Part shown: positions 37,229 through 47,901 of the stretch, piece by piece | How positions within the stretch are numbered: position 1 is the first letter of the stretch | Layout of the letters: each line of letters opens with the position of its first letter | Assembly (NCBI GenBank): GCA_965217865.1 | Contig: CBDCJO010000002.1 | Span: 1,440,001 to 1,504,000 of the forward strand | From: Candidatus Latescibacterota bacterium | GTDB lineage: Bacteria; Latescibacterota; UBA2968; SICM01 | Reading direction: 5' to 3' | DNA length: 64,000 nucleotides | Translations under genes and position numbers: made by a program | The notes under the pieces: generated by a model | Databases searched by the model: none | Told to the model about the DNA's origin: nothing | Seen by the model: only the letters and a program-made list of their open reading frames with translations

Positions 37229-40123
37229 CTAACCCTTGAGGGTGGACATAGTGATCTCTCCCGGTTTGAATCTCACCAGAATTCCATCGTCAATCCGCTT
37301 GAGAAGGTCCGCCCCTCTTACATCCTTAAAGCTTCTCCCTGACAGTTTAATTGAGGCAGTGAAATAGAGTTCGGGAGGGATTCTTTTCGTCCAGGGTGGA
37401 AGGGAGGCGGTGAACTTCAAAGTATTTTCCCGCCATTCCGTTTTGTTGATGCAAGCGGATGTTCCCGATATGTGAGGAACAATCTCTCCCTGATGCGATA
37501 CCTTCAGCTCGTAAATTCCTTTTCGGTTTGGGAGAAACAGTTGAACTCCGTCAAAGTAATGCCAAGAACGTCCGTTGACCTCGGCCCGGGTTATCGGGCT
37601 ACTGAATGCCACTCGAGGGGCAAAGATGAAAGGCGTCACTGAAAAGACTTTCACGGTACACCTGCTTCCTCCTCTGATCTTCGCAATGTCCTTCATGGCA
37701 AGGATATACTGACAGCCCCAACCCGGTTTCACCAGCCCCTTGATGAATCCTTCCTTTTGCACCCAGGCGCTCCCGTGGGGTGGGAGGTACAACTTCAGAA
37801 AGTCGCTTTTCCTGTCCTCTTTGCTCGGCTGGGCGCCTCTGTAGAACCACCAGCCAAACTCCTGAACCAGATAGGGATCGCGGCCGGCACCGGCGATCTT
37901 GACGACCTTCGACAAGGGAATCGGATGCCGATTCCGGACTCTTTTGGGCGTCATGTCGACTTTAATGGTCGTCTCTTTCCGCAGTTCTTTTCTCAGTGCG
38001 ACCAGATCCTTCCGTTTGTAAAGGTCGGTCGGCACCACGAAGGCAAGCTCTATCTCTTCCTCTTTGACGTTTGGGCTTTCCAACACAAGGTTTTTCGACA
38101 AGGTCCAGATCAGATTCTTAACCCTCCCCCTTTTCAAGATGAGGACGGCCAGATCGGGTTTCAGGCCTCTGCTGTCTCTCAGTGTAAACTCGTCATCGGG
38201 CAGGTTCGTTAATCCGATGTGGCAGTCCTTCCTGAAAACCCGCTTTCCGATGAGCAGCCGGTCATATCCCTCCGCCCCGATGGCGGTGCCGATATCCTGA
38301 GTCGCACCGGCCACAGTCCTCCTGATTCCGAGGCGAAGGCAGGGACTGTCATTCCCCACGCTGAACCGGCGAATCTCTTCATATTTTGAACCGTTGACCG
38401 TCATCGTCGAGGTGGAGCGAATCACGGCTTTGTGTCCGCCCGCCTCTGTGATTTCGGTCTTTTGCTGACGCCCTTTTGTCTTTCCGGTGATGATTGCCCT
38501 GATGAATTCCCCGGTTATCTGAACGCTTAAAGAATTGCTGTCAAAATGGGCAAGGCGCTCCACATCGTAGACAAGGGCCCCGCCGTCTTTCCGGGGATGA
38601 ATATAGGCTCTCAGGTAATTGTTCTGGATAACGCACGTTCTGGCGGGATATTGACTTCTTTCCCTCCAGCCCGTTACCTCGGTCGGACCGATTTCGGGAT
38701 AGGCCTGTCGCGTTTTTGCCAGGATACCGTCTACCCCGCTGACTAACAGGTTATAGGCCAGCGCGCACCTGATGGGGTCCAGGCCGAGCGCATAGACATA
38801 TTGTCTTGTCTCATCGGGACAGATGTTCTCCGCCTCGTTTAGCCAGACAATAGCGGTCTCGTGAGCCGTGTCCCTGTTCCTGGCCCTCGGTCTAAAGGCA
38901 TCGTTGCATTGCTTGATGACCCAATCCGGGTAGGTCCCACCGCTGGCCTGCGTGAAGTATTCGCCCCATACTTTTCTGTTCGCCTTGTTGGTCCTGGCAT
39001 CCAGCTGGTAGAACACGAATCCCTGTCCGTATTCGCTCTGCGGATTGATCCATCCGTATCGGGGTTCTTTGTCATCATACCCCGACATGAATATGCTCTC
39101 GTCGCGGACGCGGCCAAGGTGGATCAGGGTGGGAATGCCAGTGACATAATTCGGAACGGGAAGGGCGAAGGACGGCGTAAGCCAAAAATCCTGATAGAAT
39201 CCGAGAGACAAACCGGGGTTATACTCCCACATGATGGTATTGACCCACGGAAAATCGTCCGTCCATCCGTGTGTTTCAGCGTGAAATCCGTCAATGGCTG
39301 AATCCCAGCCATGTTCCGAGGGGTTTGAGAAGTCCCGGGAAATCTTCCGCAGGAATCTCTCCATCAATTCTGCGCGCGCCGTTTTATCTTCTAAGGTGGC
39401 GCTCTTCTTGCTCAAGTCCAAAGGGGCATGGGTGAGGTACCAGTGAATCAGCATGTTCCGGCCATGCGTATAACTCGTGAGTTCCGAAAACTCAGCTTCT
39501 TTCCATTTGGGATTATCGAGATACAGATAGTGGCTCGTGGTCTTGATCGGGTCTTCCTCGTCCCAGGGAAAGGGGAGGCAGTCCCGGTGGCGAGGGGGGG
39601 AAGCGTGGGCCGGAGAGAAGACAAGCAAATTTGCGCCCCATTTGTAGCTTTCATCGATCGCCCGGTGCTTGAAATAGTCGAGATCGACACCATACACGCC
39701 TGCAGGCCGATTCCTTTGATAGTACATCTCGCAGTCCCACCCCCAAACATCCAGACAGATCCTTCCGGGATGCTCCGTCTGGAGCGAGTGGTCCACGGGC
39801 TTAGCCGTATATGATGTTAAGGAGAGGCTTGTTACTGTACATTTGCTTTGTCCCTTTTTAGCTGTCAAAGAAAAGGTGTGACTGCCTCCCTCTGTGCAGA
39901 TGAAGGGTGCCAGCGCCAGGAAGCTGCGGTTCTTATCCCTTTCACGTTGGGGTGGAATGCTGAAGACCCCGATTTCCCGGCCGTCGAATTGGACCATGCA
40001 GAGATTGTGGTCCTTTTCCTTTTTGATTCTCAATTTGAGACGATAACAGCCCGGCTCGACGTCGTGCTGAAAGTTCAGGGGCCGTTTGCCAATGTCGGAT
40101 TTCACCTCTTTGCTGAATTGCAT
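37229..40123 (-). CDS. Large hypothetical multidomain protein (possible glycoside-hydrolase-like)
   Basis: Intact 964-aa ORF in a CAZyme cluster; beta-rich ends and a central region with WGANLLV and IDGFHAE; no family recognised. Confidence 0.7.
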   Translation of the reverse strand: MQFSKEVKSDIGKRPLNFQHDVEPGCYRLKLRIKKEKDHNLCMVQFDGREIGVFSIPPQRERDKNRSFLALAPFICTEGGSHTFSLTAKKGQSKCTVTSLSLTSYTAKPVDHSLQTEHPGRICLDVWGWDCEMYYQRNRPAGVYGVDLDYFKHRAIDESYKWGANLLVFSPAHASPPRHRDCLPFPWDEEDPIKTTSHYLYLDNPKWKEAEFSELTSYTHGRNMLIHWYLTHAPLDLSKKSATLEDKTARAELMERFLRKISRDFSNPSEHGWDSAIDGFHAETHGWTDDFPWVNTIMWEYNPGLSLGFYQDFWLTPSFALPVPNYVTGIPTLIHLGRVRDESIFMSGYDDKEPRYGWINPQSEYGQGFVFYQLDARTNKANRKVWGEYFTQASGGTYPDWVIKQCNDAFRPRARNRDTAHETAIVWLNEAENICPDETRQYVYALGLDPIRCALAYNLLVSGVDGILAKTRQAYPEIGPTEVTGWRERSQYPARTCVIQNNYLRAYIHPRKDGGALVYDVERLAHFDSNSLSVQITGEFIRAIITGKTKGRQQKTEITEAGGHKAVIRSTSTMTVNGSKYEEIRRFSVGNDSPCLRLGIRRTVAGATQDIGTAIGAEGYDRLLIGKRVFRKDCHIGLTNLPDDEFTLRDSRGLKPDLAVLILKRGRVKNLIWTLSKNLVLESPNVKEEEIELAFVVPTDLYKRKDLVALRKELRKETTIKVDMTPKRVRNRHPIPLSKVVKIAGAGRDPYLVQEFGWWFYRGAQPSKEDRKSDFLKLYLPPHGSAWVQKEGFIKGLVKPGWGCQYILAMKDIAKIRGGSRCTVKVFSVTPFIFAPRVAFSSPITRAEVNGRSWHYFDGVQLFLPNRKGIYELKVSHQGEIVPHISGTSACINKTEWRENTLKFTASLPPWTKRIPPELYFTASIKLSGRSFKDVRGADLLKRIDDGILVRFKPGEITMSTLKG

Positions 40124-40218
40124 ATGCCACTCTCGTTGCCGTTAAGTGTGAGCGGATGGGCCTGTGGGCAACTGAAGGCCCTGCTTGCAGGGGTGGGATG
40201 AACCGGGGTCATCCTGTT

Positions 40219-42159
40219 TCAGATTGGTCTGCCGCTTCGAAGCGGATTGGATCTGCTGAAACGCGTTTTCCTCACACCGTCGATTTTCAGCCAGGACCTG
40301 TATGGTGTTCCCGTTTCACCTGCGCTGGCGAAGTCGCAAAGGCGGACTTTTCGACCGTCGGGGGCCTGGACCTCCATCAACATGAACGGGGGATGCCAGT
40401 CCCTGTATCGAAGGAATCGGCCTTTCAGCGTCCCGGCTTCAAGGGTCGGGATGTCATCCCTGACGAAGGGCACATCGGGCTCCAGTTCGGTTCCCCCAAC
40501 GGTCACGGGATCAGGCAGCGGCACGTCGCCGGGGGGAAAGTCGTTGTAGCGCCGATCGTAGGCCATCAGGATGGGTCCGCGATACATCGAGGCCTTCCCT
40601 TCACATTCCTTTGCGCCCGCCCAGAAATGCCAGGACATGTCGAGAGCGATCTCCACCCGATCTCCCCGTTTCCAACGGCGGTCCAGGCGCAGGTACTCGC
40701 CCGGTCGGACGTTCCCGATTCTCCGGCCGTTCACGCGCACACGGGATTCTTTCGACCAGCAGGGGATCCGCAGTTTCAGCACGAACTGCGCCACCCTGGA
40801 AGGCGAAACCGTCAGGCGGATCGTTCCCTTCCGTGGATACTCGGTTTCCTGTTTAAGGGTAATGGTCAGCCCCGATCGAATTTCGGCTTTCATCCTGCAC
40901 GGACCGTAATAGTTCAGGAGAACCCCCTCCTCATCCCGCATGATCGCCCAATCGCTGATCTGGCCGAACCCACGCGGGGCGTTGGCCGAACAGCAGTTGA
41001 ACTCGGCTGTCCCTCTTCGCGCCTGCCAGTTTTTGCTCATTTTGAACAGGTCCCTGATCCCATCCATGGGGGTGTCATAGGTCACCCATCTCCCGGAGGA
41101 CGAGAACAGTCCCGCCACGGAGTTCAGCGTCGAAAGTTCGATCTCGTCAGCGACGATAGAATTGGCCGTCATGCGGAGCATCTCGATGCTCATGGCGATC
41201 CAGGCAATCGTGCAGCATGTCTCGATCGAGCCGGGATGATAGGGGTTCCCCGCGGCTTCCTCATCGGAGCTGAAGGCTCCGTTATTGTGGCGATCCAGCT
41301 TCGCAATGCCCCACCAATAATGCGTGAACACACGGAGGTAGACGTCCTCCCCGGTCGCCGTGTAGAGTTCTCCGATGCCCATCAGCACGTGGAGCATCTC
41401 CCAACGGGGATTCGCGGTCTGGTACAACTCCCGGCCCTCGAGGGCGTCCTCGATGTAGTTCCCGGCTGGGCGTCCCTCCCGGGTGGTCCGGGGGAAATCC
41501 TCTGTGATCTTCAATGCGAGCCTGAGATAACGTTCGACACGAGTCTTCCTGTAGAGTATAGCCAGGGCGTGAATGGGGCTCAGGTTCACCGGGATGCCCG
41601 TGTCGATCAGCCTCCGATCACCATCCAGGTAGATCCGGCACAACAGGTCAGCCATCTTGCGGACACAATTCAAGGCCTTCCGATCACCGGTTTCTTCGTG
41701 CCAGAGCATGAGGGCGTACATCAAGTGGTAATGTCCCCAGGCGTCCCAGGTCTTCCCCGGTCCGTGATGGGTCATCGCATTCTTTGAGACCACGCAGTTG
41801 GGCGCGTAGCCGGTCAGACGAGATCCTTTTGGCCACGGACCGAGGTAGCCGTCATCGTCCTGGTAGGCGATCAGGGTCTGAACGAATTCCTCCAGGACGC
41901 GATGGAGTTCTTTGTCGTGGGTCAGCCGGAGCATTTCGATCGCCCCGGTCAGGTACTTTCCCGGGTACTCGCCCTCGTGTCCCCAGTGTCCCCGGAGGGG
42001 TAAACGGTCGCGGTCTCTTAACATTTCGAGCACTCCGGGATTCGACCCGGGCGCCACCTTGAGCCAGCGCTCAGTGATATTTCGAACGTAATCGCCGACC
42101 CATCCATTCAAATCGTAACGACACCTCGGTATCCGCTCACATTTAGGTTGTGCAGGCAT
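40219..42159 (-). CDS. GH127-like beta-L-arabinofuranosidase domain protein
   Basis: GKYL, QDDDGYLG, ETCCT..W, LNCC-like FNCCSAN.PRG, QETEYP, LRIPCW, W..GD.V. Confidence 0.88.
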   Translation of the reverse strand: MPAQPKCERIPRCRYDLNGWVGDYVRNITERWLKVAPGSNPGVLEMLRDRDRLPLRGHWGHEGEYPGKYLTGAIEMLRLTHDKELHRVLEEFVQTLIAYQDDDGYLGPWPKGSRLTGYAPNCVVSKNAMTHHGPGKTWDAWGHYHLMYALMLWHEETGDRKALNCVRKMADLLCRIYLDGDRRLIDTGIPVNLSPIHALAILYRKTRVERYLRLALKITEDFPRTTREGRPAGNYIEDALEGRELYQTANPRWEMLHVLMGIGELYTATGEDVYLRVFTHYWWGIAKLDRHNNGAFSSDEEAAGNPYHPGSIETCCTIAWIAMSIEMLRMTANSIVADEIELSTLNSVAGLFSSSGRWVTYDTPMDGIRDLFKMSKNWQARRGTAEFNCCSANAPRGFGQISDWAIMRDEEGVLLNYYGPCRMKAEIRSGLTITLKQETEYPRKGTIRLTVSPSRVAQFVLKLRIPCWSKESRVRVNGRRIGNVRPGEYLRLDRRWKRGDRVEIALDMSWHFWAGAKECEGKASMYRGPILMAYDRRYNDFPPGDVPLPDPVTVGGTELEPDVPFVRDDIPTLEAGTLKGRFLRYRDWHPPFMLMEVQAPDGRKVRLCDFASAGETGTPYRSWLKIDGVRKTRFSRSNPLRSGRPI

Positions 42160-42167
42160 GGGTTACC

Positions 42168-43910
42168 TCATCCGTCGGTAGGCAGGCCACCCTCGACCTG
42201 CACCATGAATCCATCGAGTGAAATGATCGGCACGACGCGGAACAGGTTCTCCGCATACGATTTCATCTCCGGGAGTTCCTCCTTGTGTCCCATCAGTCGG
42301 TGCAACGCCCAGGAGCTCAATCGCAACGCACGCCCCTGACAGTCCCAGAAGCAGAGGCCGTCCACACCCGTCTCGTAGCACGCCATCGATCGAACCCGGA
42401 ACGATTCGGCCGACTGACGCCGCGGATACAGATCGGCATAGACTTTCGTATCCGTTCCTCTGGCCAGGTCGACGTAGGCCCTGATCAACGGTGTGCGATC
42501 GCTTGCATCGGGCGTGCCCACGCCTTCGATGTGGACGATCAGGTGATCGACCAGGCCCTCTTTCACCCACGTTTCAACCTCGATCCCGCGCGATTTCGGC
42601 GTCGTGAACGGTCCCAGATCGGGACAACCCGGGGCCGTGTATGCATCGGCGGCGATCACGTAGCATGTGCCCAGGCGAATCCCTCTTTCCGAGCCCACCT
42701 GGTCCAGCATCTGCCGCGTTTCTCTCAAAAGTTGGGTGAGAAAACCCGCCCTGTGGTTCAGCACCCGCTCGTCGAACGGGTCCTGATCCTTCATGACCAG
42801 GCCGTATTTTTCCATAAAAGAATTTGCAACGGGTTCTTCGTAGAGGACATACGGAAAAGAGCGGCAGAAGATGATGCATACGCCGTCACCCTCGTAGTCC
42901 TCCACCCATTCGCGGAAAAGCTCGACATACTTGGCACGCACTTGGGGAAAGGCCTGGCTGAGGTGACGGGCTTTATAGCCTTCGACCGTCCTGCAGCGCC
43001 ATTCGGGATGCTGCGTCTGGAAATCGCCCGGGCCGGAATATCCCAGATGGTGGGGAGGGAGGCGTTCGCCCATCATTCGGACCTGGGGATAGATTTCAAT
43101 TCCGATGTCGTGTGCGCACTGCACGGCGGATCGCAAAGGGTCCAGGCGATAGCGACGATAAAGATCGATCGATTTCAGGCGCGACCCCATTCTTCGCGAA
43201 AGGCCATAGGACCATTCCAGTTCGGAGCCGACGTTTGACGGATAGAATGTGGCAAAGGAGCCGGCGCAGCCCCAAAGCGCGATTTTGAAGTCGGAGTCGG
43301 CCAGGGACTGGAACTCATCGACAACGTCCTGATGGGTGGTATAGCTCCACATGGTGTGCTGGCCTGAATCGTAGTTGGCGATGAGCGTACGGGTATCGCG
43401 GTTGGCCTCCCACGCAGGTTCGGACCCGGAGACCGGCACGATGCGGATGTAAGCGATGTTGGCGACTGTCTCAGACATCTCGCCTTCCGCGGGGCGGTGG
43501 AAGAGGATGTCCTGACCGGTCAGGTCCGCCGTCTTCCAGTAGGCTTCGCTCAGGTCCGTAAGGGTGAACAGCATCTCCGGTTCCACGAGATCCTTATCAG
43601 CCCGAAACGTCTCAGGTGTGGCACGGGTGTACCCCGGGTCATTGCTGAGCTTCAGCAAAAGGCAAAATTGATCGTAGCCCAACTGAGCGTAGGTGCCCAC
43701 AAAGATGCGATGCCGGCCGGTCGCCCCAAGTTTAAGCCGAACCGGAGGGGCCTTGATATCGCGCCCGCAAAAGAGCATGCGACCCGCGCCGGCCTCGATC
43801 TCGTAGTCCACGGCCGTCCACTTTCCTCTCTCGAACTTGCGTGAGATCGCGCTTGCAGGCTCGCAGGAGGCCATGTCCAGCAGGTATATGGATTCATTCT
43901 CACTGTCCAT
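42168..43910 (-). CDS. GHL10-like protein, paralog 2
   Basis: 580 aa, homologous over its full length to 2416-4203 and 61480-63231. Confidence 0.75.
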   Translation of the reverse strand: MDSENESIYLLDMASCEPASAISRKFERGKWTAVDYEIEAGAGRMLFCGRDIKAPPVRLKLGATGRHRIFVGTYAQLGYDQFCLLLKLSNDPGYTRATPETFRADKDLVEPEMLFTLTDLSEAYWKTADLTGQDILFHRPAEGEMSETVANIAYIRIVPVSGSEPAWEANRDTRTLIANYDSGQHTMWSYTTHQDVVDEFQSLADSDFKIALWGCAGSFATFYPSNVGSELEWSYGLSRRMGSRLKSIDLYRRYRLDPLRSAVQCAHDIGIEIYPQVRMMGERLPPHHLGYSGPGDFQTQHPEWRCRTVEGYKARHLSQAFPQVRAKYVELFREWVEDYEGDGVCIIFCRSFPYVLYEEPVANSFMEKYGLVMKDQDPFDERVLNHRAGFLTQLLRETRQMLDQVGSERGIRLGTCYVIAADAYTAPGCPDLGPFTTPKSRGIEVETWVKEGLVDHLIVHIEGVGTPDASDRTPLIRAYVDLARGTDTKVYADLYPRRQSAESFRVRSMACYETGVDGLCFWDCQGRALRLSSWALHRLMGHKEELPEMKSYAENLFRVVPIISLDGFMVQVEGGLPTDG

Positions 43911-43980
43911 CTATGATCGCTCCCGAAAATGGTTTTGTAAGGAACCGCGTGTCTTCTGGCTGCTGATGCAGCACACCAGC

Positions 43981-46900
43981 TTATGCTTCGACAGGTAAAG
44001 CGGTCATCTCCACGTGCGTATGAAACCGCAATTCCACCGGACCGAGAAGACCCGACACGGTCTGTCCCTCGTAGACGAATTTGGTCGGGTAGGTGCTCAT
44101 ATGATTTGCGAGCGTGTTGACGACTTTAACCTCGATTATGTTTTCTCCCTGCACCACGAGGTCCCCGATATCGAATCGGTATGGCCTGCCCATCCTGACT
44201 CCGGCGGATTTTCCGTTGACGCGGAGGTCGGCCAGCGCCGCCGCCCGCCCCAGGTCCAGTACCACCGGGCCCTGAAGGTGCCGCTGCTCGAGGCTCACGG
44301 TCGTGGTATAGACGGCGCCGCCGGAATACGTCATAAGCCCGCTGTTGCACCAGTCCCCCAGACGGATCACCCCAGGGTCGCACTCGAACATCACGGGTGT
44401 AAGGAATGTTGCCCCGCCATAGAAACCGGGCTCCTGTTCGACGCAGAGCACGACCTGCGACATTTGCGGCTTTGGGTCCTCCAGACAGACCCTCAGTTCT
44501 CGGGACGGGTCGACTCGCAGGGCCCCTTCACTGACAGGATGACCGTCGACCCATGCCCGGACGGAACGTGCGGTGAGCTTGAATCGCATGGCTCGAAGGC
44601 CGGGTGGGGCCTTGAAACGGTACCACCCCACTGGGGCTTCGAGATCAGGCCTGATGTTGTAAGTCAGCTTGTGCGGTTTTACAAACCATCGCAGCAGGGG
44701 GATGTAAGGGTCGAGGAAGGGCTTTTCAGTGGGGGAATGAAAAATCGCGTAGGTATCCACCCGCTTGCCCTCCGGCTGAATGATCTTCAGCAAGACGGAG
44801 GAGAGGCCTTTTCTGAGACGGACCCTTGTCCGGGCCTCTGATTCCGGTGAGGAAACCGAGATGACCGGGTCGCCGTTGATCCAGGCCTGCCTGTGGAGTT
44901 CGGCCTTTCCCCCAAAGTCGAAGATGTAGTCCTGTTCGTCGGGGGAATAAACGTGGGTGAGCAGAAAGCGTGTGGGGCTTTTGAAACCTTCCACTCCTTC
45001 GAGGACAATGAAGTTCTCCGGCACACCGTTCAGCTCTCTCGGGATTCCAACCCCTTCGTAGCCGAACTGCCTCGAATAGCTGTACCGGTGCCATTGGACC
45101 TCGCCCCCCTTGTCCTCGTAACCCCCATTGAGGTCCGTCTCACCCGGCCCGGGTACCCTGAGGATTTCCTCCGGCTCCGCGCCCTCCTCAAAGGGACCGA
45201 TCATCCACCAGTAGGGGCCGTAGGAATAGGTGACCGTTTCCCAATCCGAATCGTCGATGTCAGGTTCGTGCCACCTGAGCTCCGTTCCTTCCCTTCCGTC
45301 GTTTTCCATATAATGGAATCGTCGAGCCTCGGGGCCTATGAATTCATCGGATGCCGGATACCGGAAATCCCCCCAGCGGTTGTCCATGGTGGGATCCAGA
45401 CGAATTCCCCAGGGCCCTTCCAGACTCATGGGCTCCGGCGGGTCATCGCAGGTAAGCTCAGAACCGTACTCCCTTCCCCTGTGCACAAGCCTCAGACTTT
45501 TTGTCCCGCCTGCATCGCAGGATCCGCGGACCCGGATCCCTGCATCCGAGGACTCCACGGAGGCTATCCCTGACAGGTTGTCCTCCAGGACACTGGGTCC
45601 CCCCCGGGGGGGCCGAAGAATGACCAAGGCCCCCTCGTTGGGCCCCATGTCCAGACGTATTGTGGTGCGGCCGTCTCGACTTTCGAAGCGATGGAGGGGT
45701 ATGGCTTCACCCGTGAAGGCGTTCCAGACCTCCGGTTCGCCGGATGCCCTCAAGTCAGCGGAGATGCGGTTACCTTCCTGCCCGGCATTGTACAGGAAGT
45801 AGATTTCCACTTCCCCCATCTTCTGATGCGTGTGGAGTATGTCCGGGTCTGAAGTGATGACGTCCAGGTCGATGGCTTTGGAGATGACCTCCGGGAGGCG
45901 ATCCATATCGCCGGGCACGAAGATGGCCTTGCCTCCGAGCCGGTTCTCACGCTGCGAGATATCGTCGACGTCCTCACCGGGCGAGATGCCGAAGATCTCC
46001 CTGAAAAGGGCCAGCAGCTCCGGGTCATCGCGCCCGTTCTCCTGTGAGGCGTCAGGCAATCGGCCGAAGGCCAGGACGGTTCCTCCGCCCTCGTAGAACG
46101 CTTTGATCTTAGTCGCTGTCTCGGTTCTGATGGTTGTCATCGGGGGCAGGAGGAGGGCGCGGAACTCGAGGCCCGAAACTTCCAGCTTCCCGTCGGAGAC
46201 CTCTGCACGGCATAGGGACGGGTCGTCGATGTAGTCGAAATCGATTTGGCTCATGAAGATGTGCCGGGCCAGATCGCCTGTGACCGAAGCGGCCTCCTGC
46301 GCGGGTTTGGTGAAGTTGTGGTGGCCTGACCATCCCGCGTGAATCGTGGACAGGGGATAAAGGATGGCGACGTCGGGGACGTGTACGCCCCGGCTCATGA
46401 TGTAGCTGAGTCTTCTCACGTAATCTGCGAAGTGCTTCCAGTATCCCCAGTAAGGCTGACGGAAGTGCACGGCGGGGGGGACCCACTCGTACCAACCGCC
46501 CAGGGTGGTGTACAGGACGCCGTGGCGGTTGTAGAAGTTGACCCCGTAGACGAAGTTTTCGTTCGTCCAGGCCAGGTTCTCCTCCGTGGTATGTCCCCAA
46601 CCGGAACCCCAGTAGGCGCAGACTCCGACCCGGCTGTGCCCATAGAGATGGGCGATGGAGCTGGCGGTTTTTGCGAAGAACGTGAGGTTTACGGGCCGGC
46701 GCATCTGCTCTTCGGATCCGGGTATGTCGAAGTGGCCCATTCTTCGGAAAAAATCACCGAAATGATAGGTCTGGGTCAGTAGATCCCCGTCCTTCCCGTA
46801 TGGGCAGAAGGCGGTGTAGAGCATTCCGTGATCTTTAAGCCACTTTGGGATAGCCTGGTTCCAGTTCTCGTCCAGAAGGGAAACCATGACTTCGTAGTAG

Positions 46901-47760
46901 TCGCATCTGATCTTATCCGTCACGGGACCGGTGTCGTGGAAGATGCCGACCAGGTGATCGAGAGGATCGTATCCCTTCTCCTCTTTGAACTGCACCACCA
47001 GCGAATCGGAGTACAGGATATTGCCGTTCAGTGTGATCATTTCGTCAGGCCCATAGGCCTCAAGCGTGCCGCCCAGAAGGCCTTTCAGCCGTTTCCTGTA
47101 AGCCTCCATCGAAACTTCGAGCCACCGCTCCGCAACATTCCGGTTGAGGTAGTCCAGATCGTGAGGCTGGCTGGCTACGACCGTCACCAACCACCCGGGC
47201 TCGGGCGCCTTCCAGCTCAGCCTGTTGTCCTCAACCGCGTCTGTGAGGTCTTTGCGCGAGGCGGTATCCAGGCTCCCGTTCTCTTTCCGATAGGCCGCGG
47301 CCTGGAGCACCTTCTCCTCGGACGGGAGTTCGATGTGAACGGGTTCTTCACCGTTGGACTCCGCCTCGCGGATCACGAGCCGCTGCCCTGTCAGGGAAGG
47401 GTACTTTTCGCGATCCTCTCTGACCATATTCTGAAAAAACTTGTGAGCGGTCCAATCTGAAAACCATGCCCGGAGACCAAGTCTCCGGTGCTCTTCCATG
47501 GCGAACTTCGTAAACTCCCACCATTCCTCCGACCAGTAAGGCGGATCCGAGCAGAGCGGCTCCCCGAAGCTGAATCTCGGATAATACCAGGTGCCGGATA
47601 TGCCCTTGGCCTTCAGCTCCTCGAGCTGCCAGGTCATCTGTTTTCTGTCAAGGCGTCCGGCTTCCCACCACCAGCAATCGAGGGGCGCGTAGTCTGAAGG
47701 TGGGTTCGCGAACTCACGCAACATCATTTCTCTGGATATCTGTGTCGCCTTATCTTCCAT
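43981..47760 (-). CDS. GH106-like (alpha-L-rhamnosidase-like) glycosyl hydrolase
   Basis: F.NPP.DY.P..WWW, SEEWWE, DYL, K.ASS.AH.YG, DVAILYP, LDLG, N.IE.KV.NTLAN, SGLLGPV. Confidence 0.85.
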   Translation of the reverse strand: MEDKATQISREMMLREFANPPSDYAPLDCWWWEAGRLDRKQMTWQLEELKAKGISGTWYYPRFSFGEPLCSDPPYWSEEWWEFTKFAMEEHRRLGLRAWFSDWTAHKFFQNMVREDREKYPSLTGQRLVIREAESNGEEPVHIELPSEEKVLQAAAYRKENGSLDTASRKDLTDAVEDNRLSWKAPEPGWLVTVVASQPHDLDYLNRNVAERWLEVSMEAYRKRLKGLLGGTLEAYGPDEMITLNGNILYSDSLVVQFKEEKGYDPLDHLVGIFHDTGPVTDKIRCDYYEVMVSLLDENWNQAIPKWLKDHGMLYTAFCPYGKDGDLLTQTYHFGDFFRRMGHFDIPGSEEQMRRPVNLTFFAKTASSIAHLYGHSRVGVCAYWGSGWGHTTEENLAWTNENFVYGVNFYNRHGVLYTTLGGWYEWVPPAVHFRQPYWGYWKHFADYVRRLSYIMSRGVHVPDVAILYPLSTIHAGWSGHHNFTKPAQEAASVTGDLARHIFMSQIDFDYIDDPSLCRAEVSDGKLEVSGLEFRALLLPPMTTIRTETATKIKAFYEGGGTVLAFGRLPDASQENGRDDPELLALFREIFGISPGEDVDDISQRENRLGGKAIFVPGDMDRLPEVISKAIDLDVITSDPDILHTHQKMGEVEIYFLYNAGQEGNRISADLRASGEPEVWNAFTGEAIPLHRFESRDGRTTIRLDMGPNEGALVILRPPRGGPSVLEDNLSGIASVESSDAGIRVRGSCDAGGTKSLRLVHRGREYGSELTCDDPPEPMSLEGPWGIRLDPTMDNRWGDFRYPASDEFIGPEARRFHYMENDGREGTELRWHEPDIDDSDWETVTYSYGPYWWMIGPFEEGAEPEEILRVPGPGETDLNGGYEDKGGEVQWHRYSYSRQFGYEGVGIPRELNGVPENFIVLEGVEGFKSPTRFLLTHVYSPDEQDYIFDFGGKAELHRQAWINGDPVISVSSPESEARTRVRLRKGLSSVLLKIIQPEGKRVDTYAIFHSPTEKPFLDPYIPLLRWFVKPHKLTYNIRPDLEAPVGWYRFKAPPGLRAMRFKLTARSVRAWVDGHPVSEGALRVDPSRELRVCLEDPKPQMSQVVLCVEQEPGFYGGATFLTPVMFECDPGVIRLGDWCNSGLMTYSGGAVYTTTVSLEQRHLQGPVVLDLGRAAALADLRVNGKSAGVRMGRPYRFDIGDLVVQGENIIEVKVVNTLANHMSTYPTKFVYEGQTVSGLLGPVELRFHTHVEMTALPVEA

Positions 47761-47781
47761 CTGAAGGGTCCCTTTGCTTCA
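47747..47781. repeat. 35-bp perfect direct repeat, copy 1
   Basis: GCCTTATCTTCCATCTGAAGGGTCCCTTTGCTTCA, identical to 50712-50746; includes the GH106 start codon. Confidence 0.9.
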
Positions 47782-47901
47782 TGGCATGCCTATTGTTAAT
47801 CGACTCGAAATACACATCCAAAATAGCGGAAGTCATCGAAAGTCCAGGCCCCCCCTCATTTCTCCCGTACCACCCCGGCGAGGAGGGAGGCGCGGAAGTC
47901 C

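Noticed and set aside
40156-41787. 543-aa plus-strand ORF
   Set aside because: Antisense shadow of the GH127-like gene; no recognisable motifs; common in GC-rich coding DNA.
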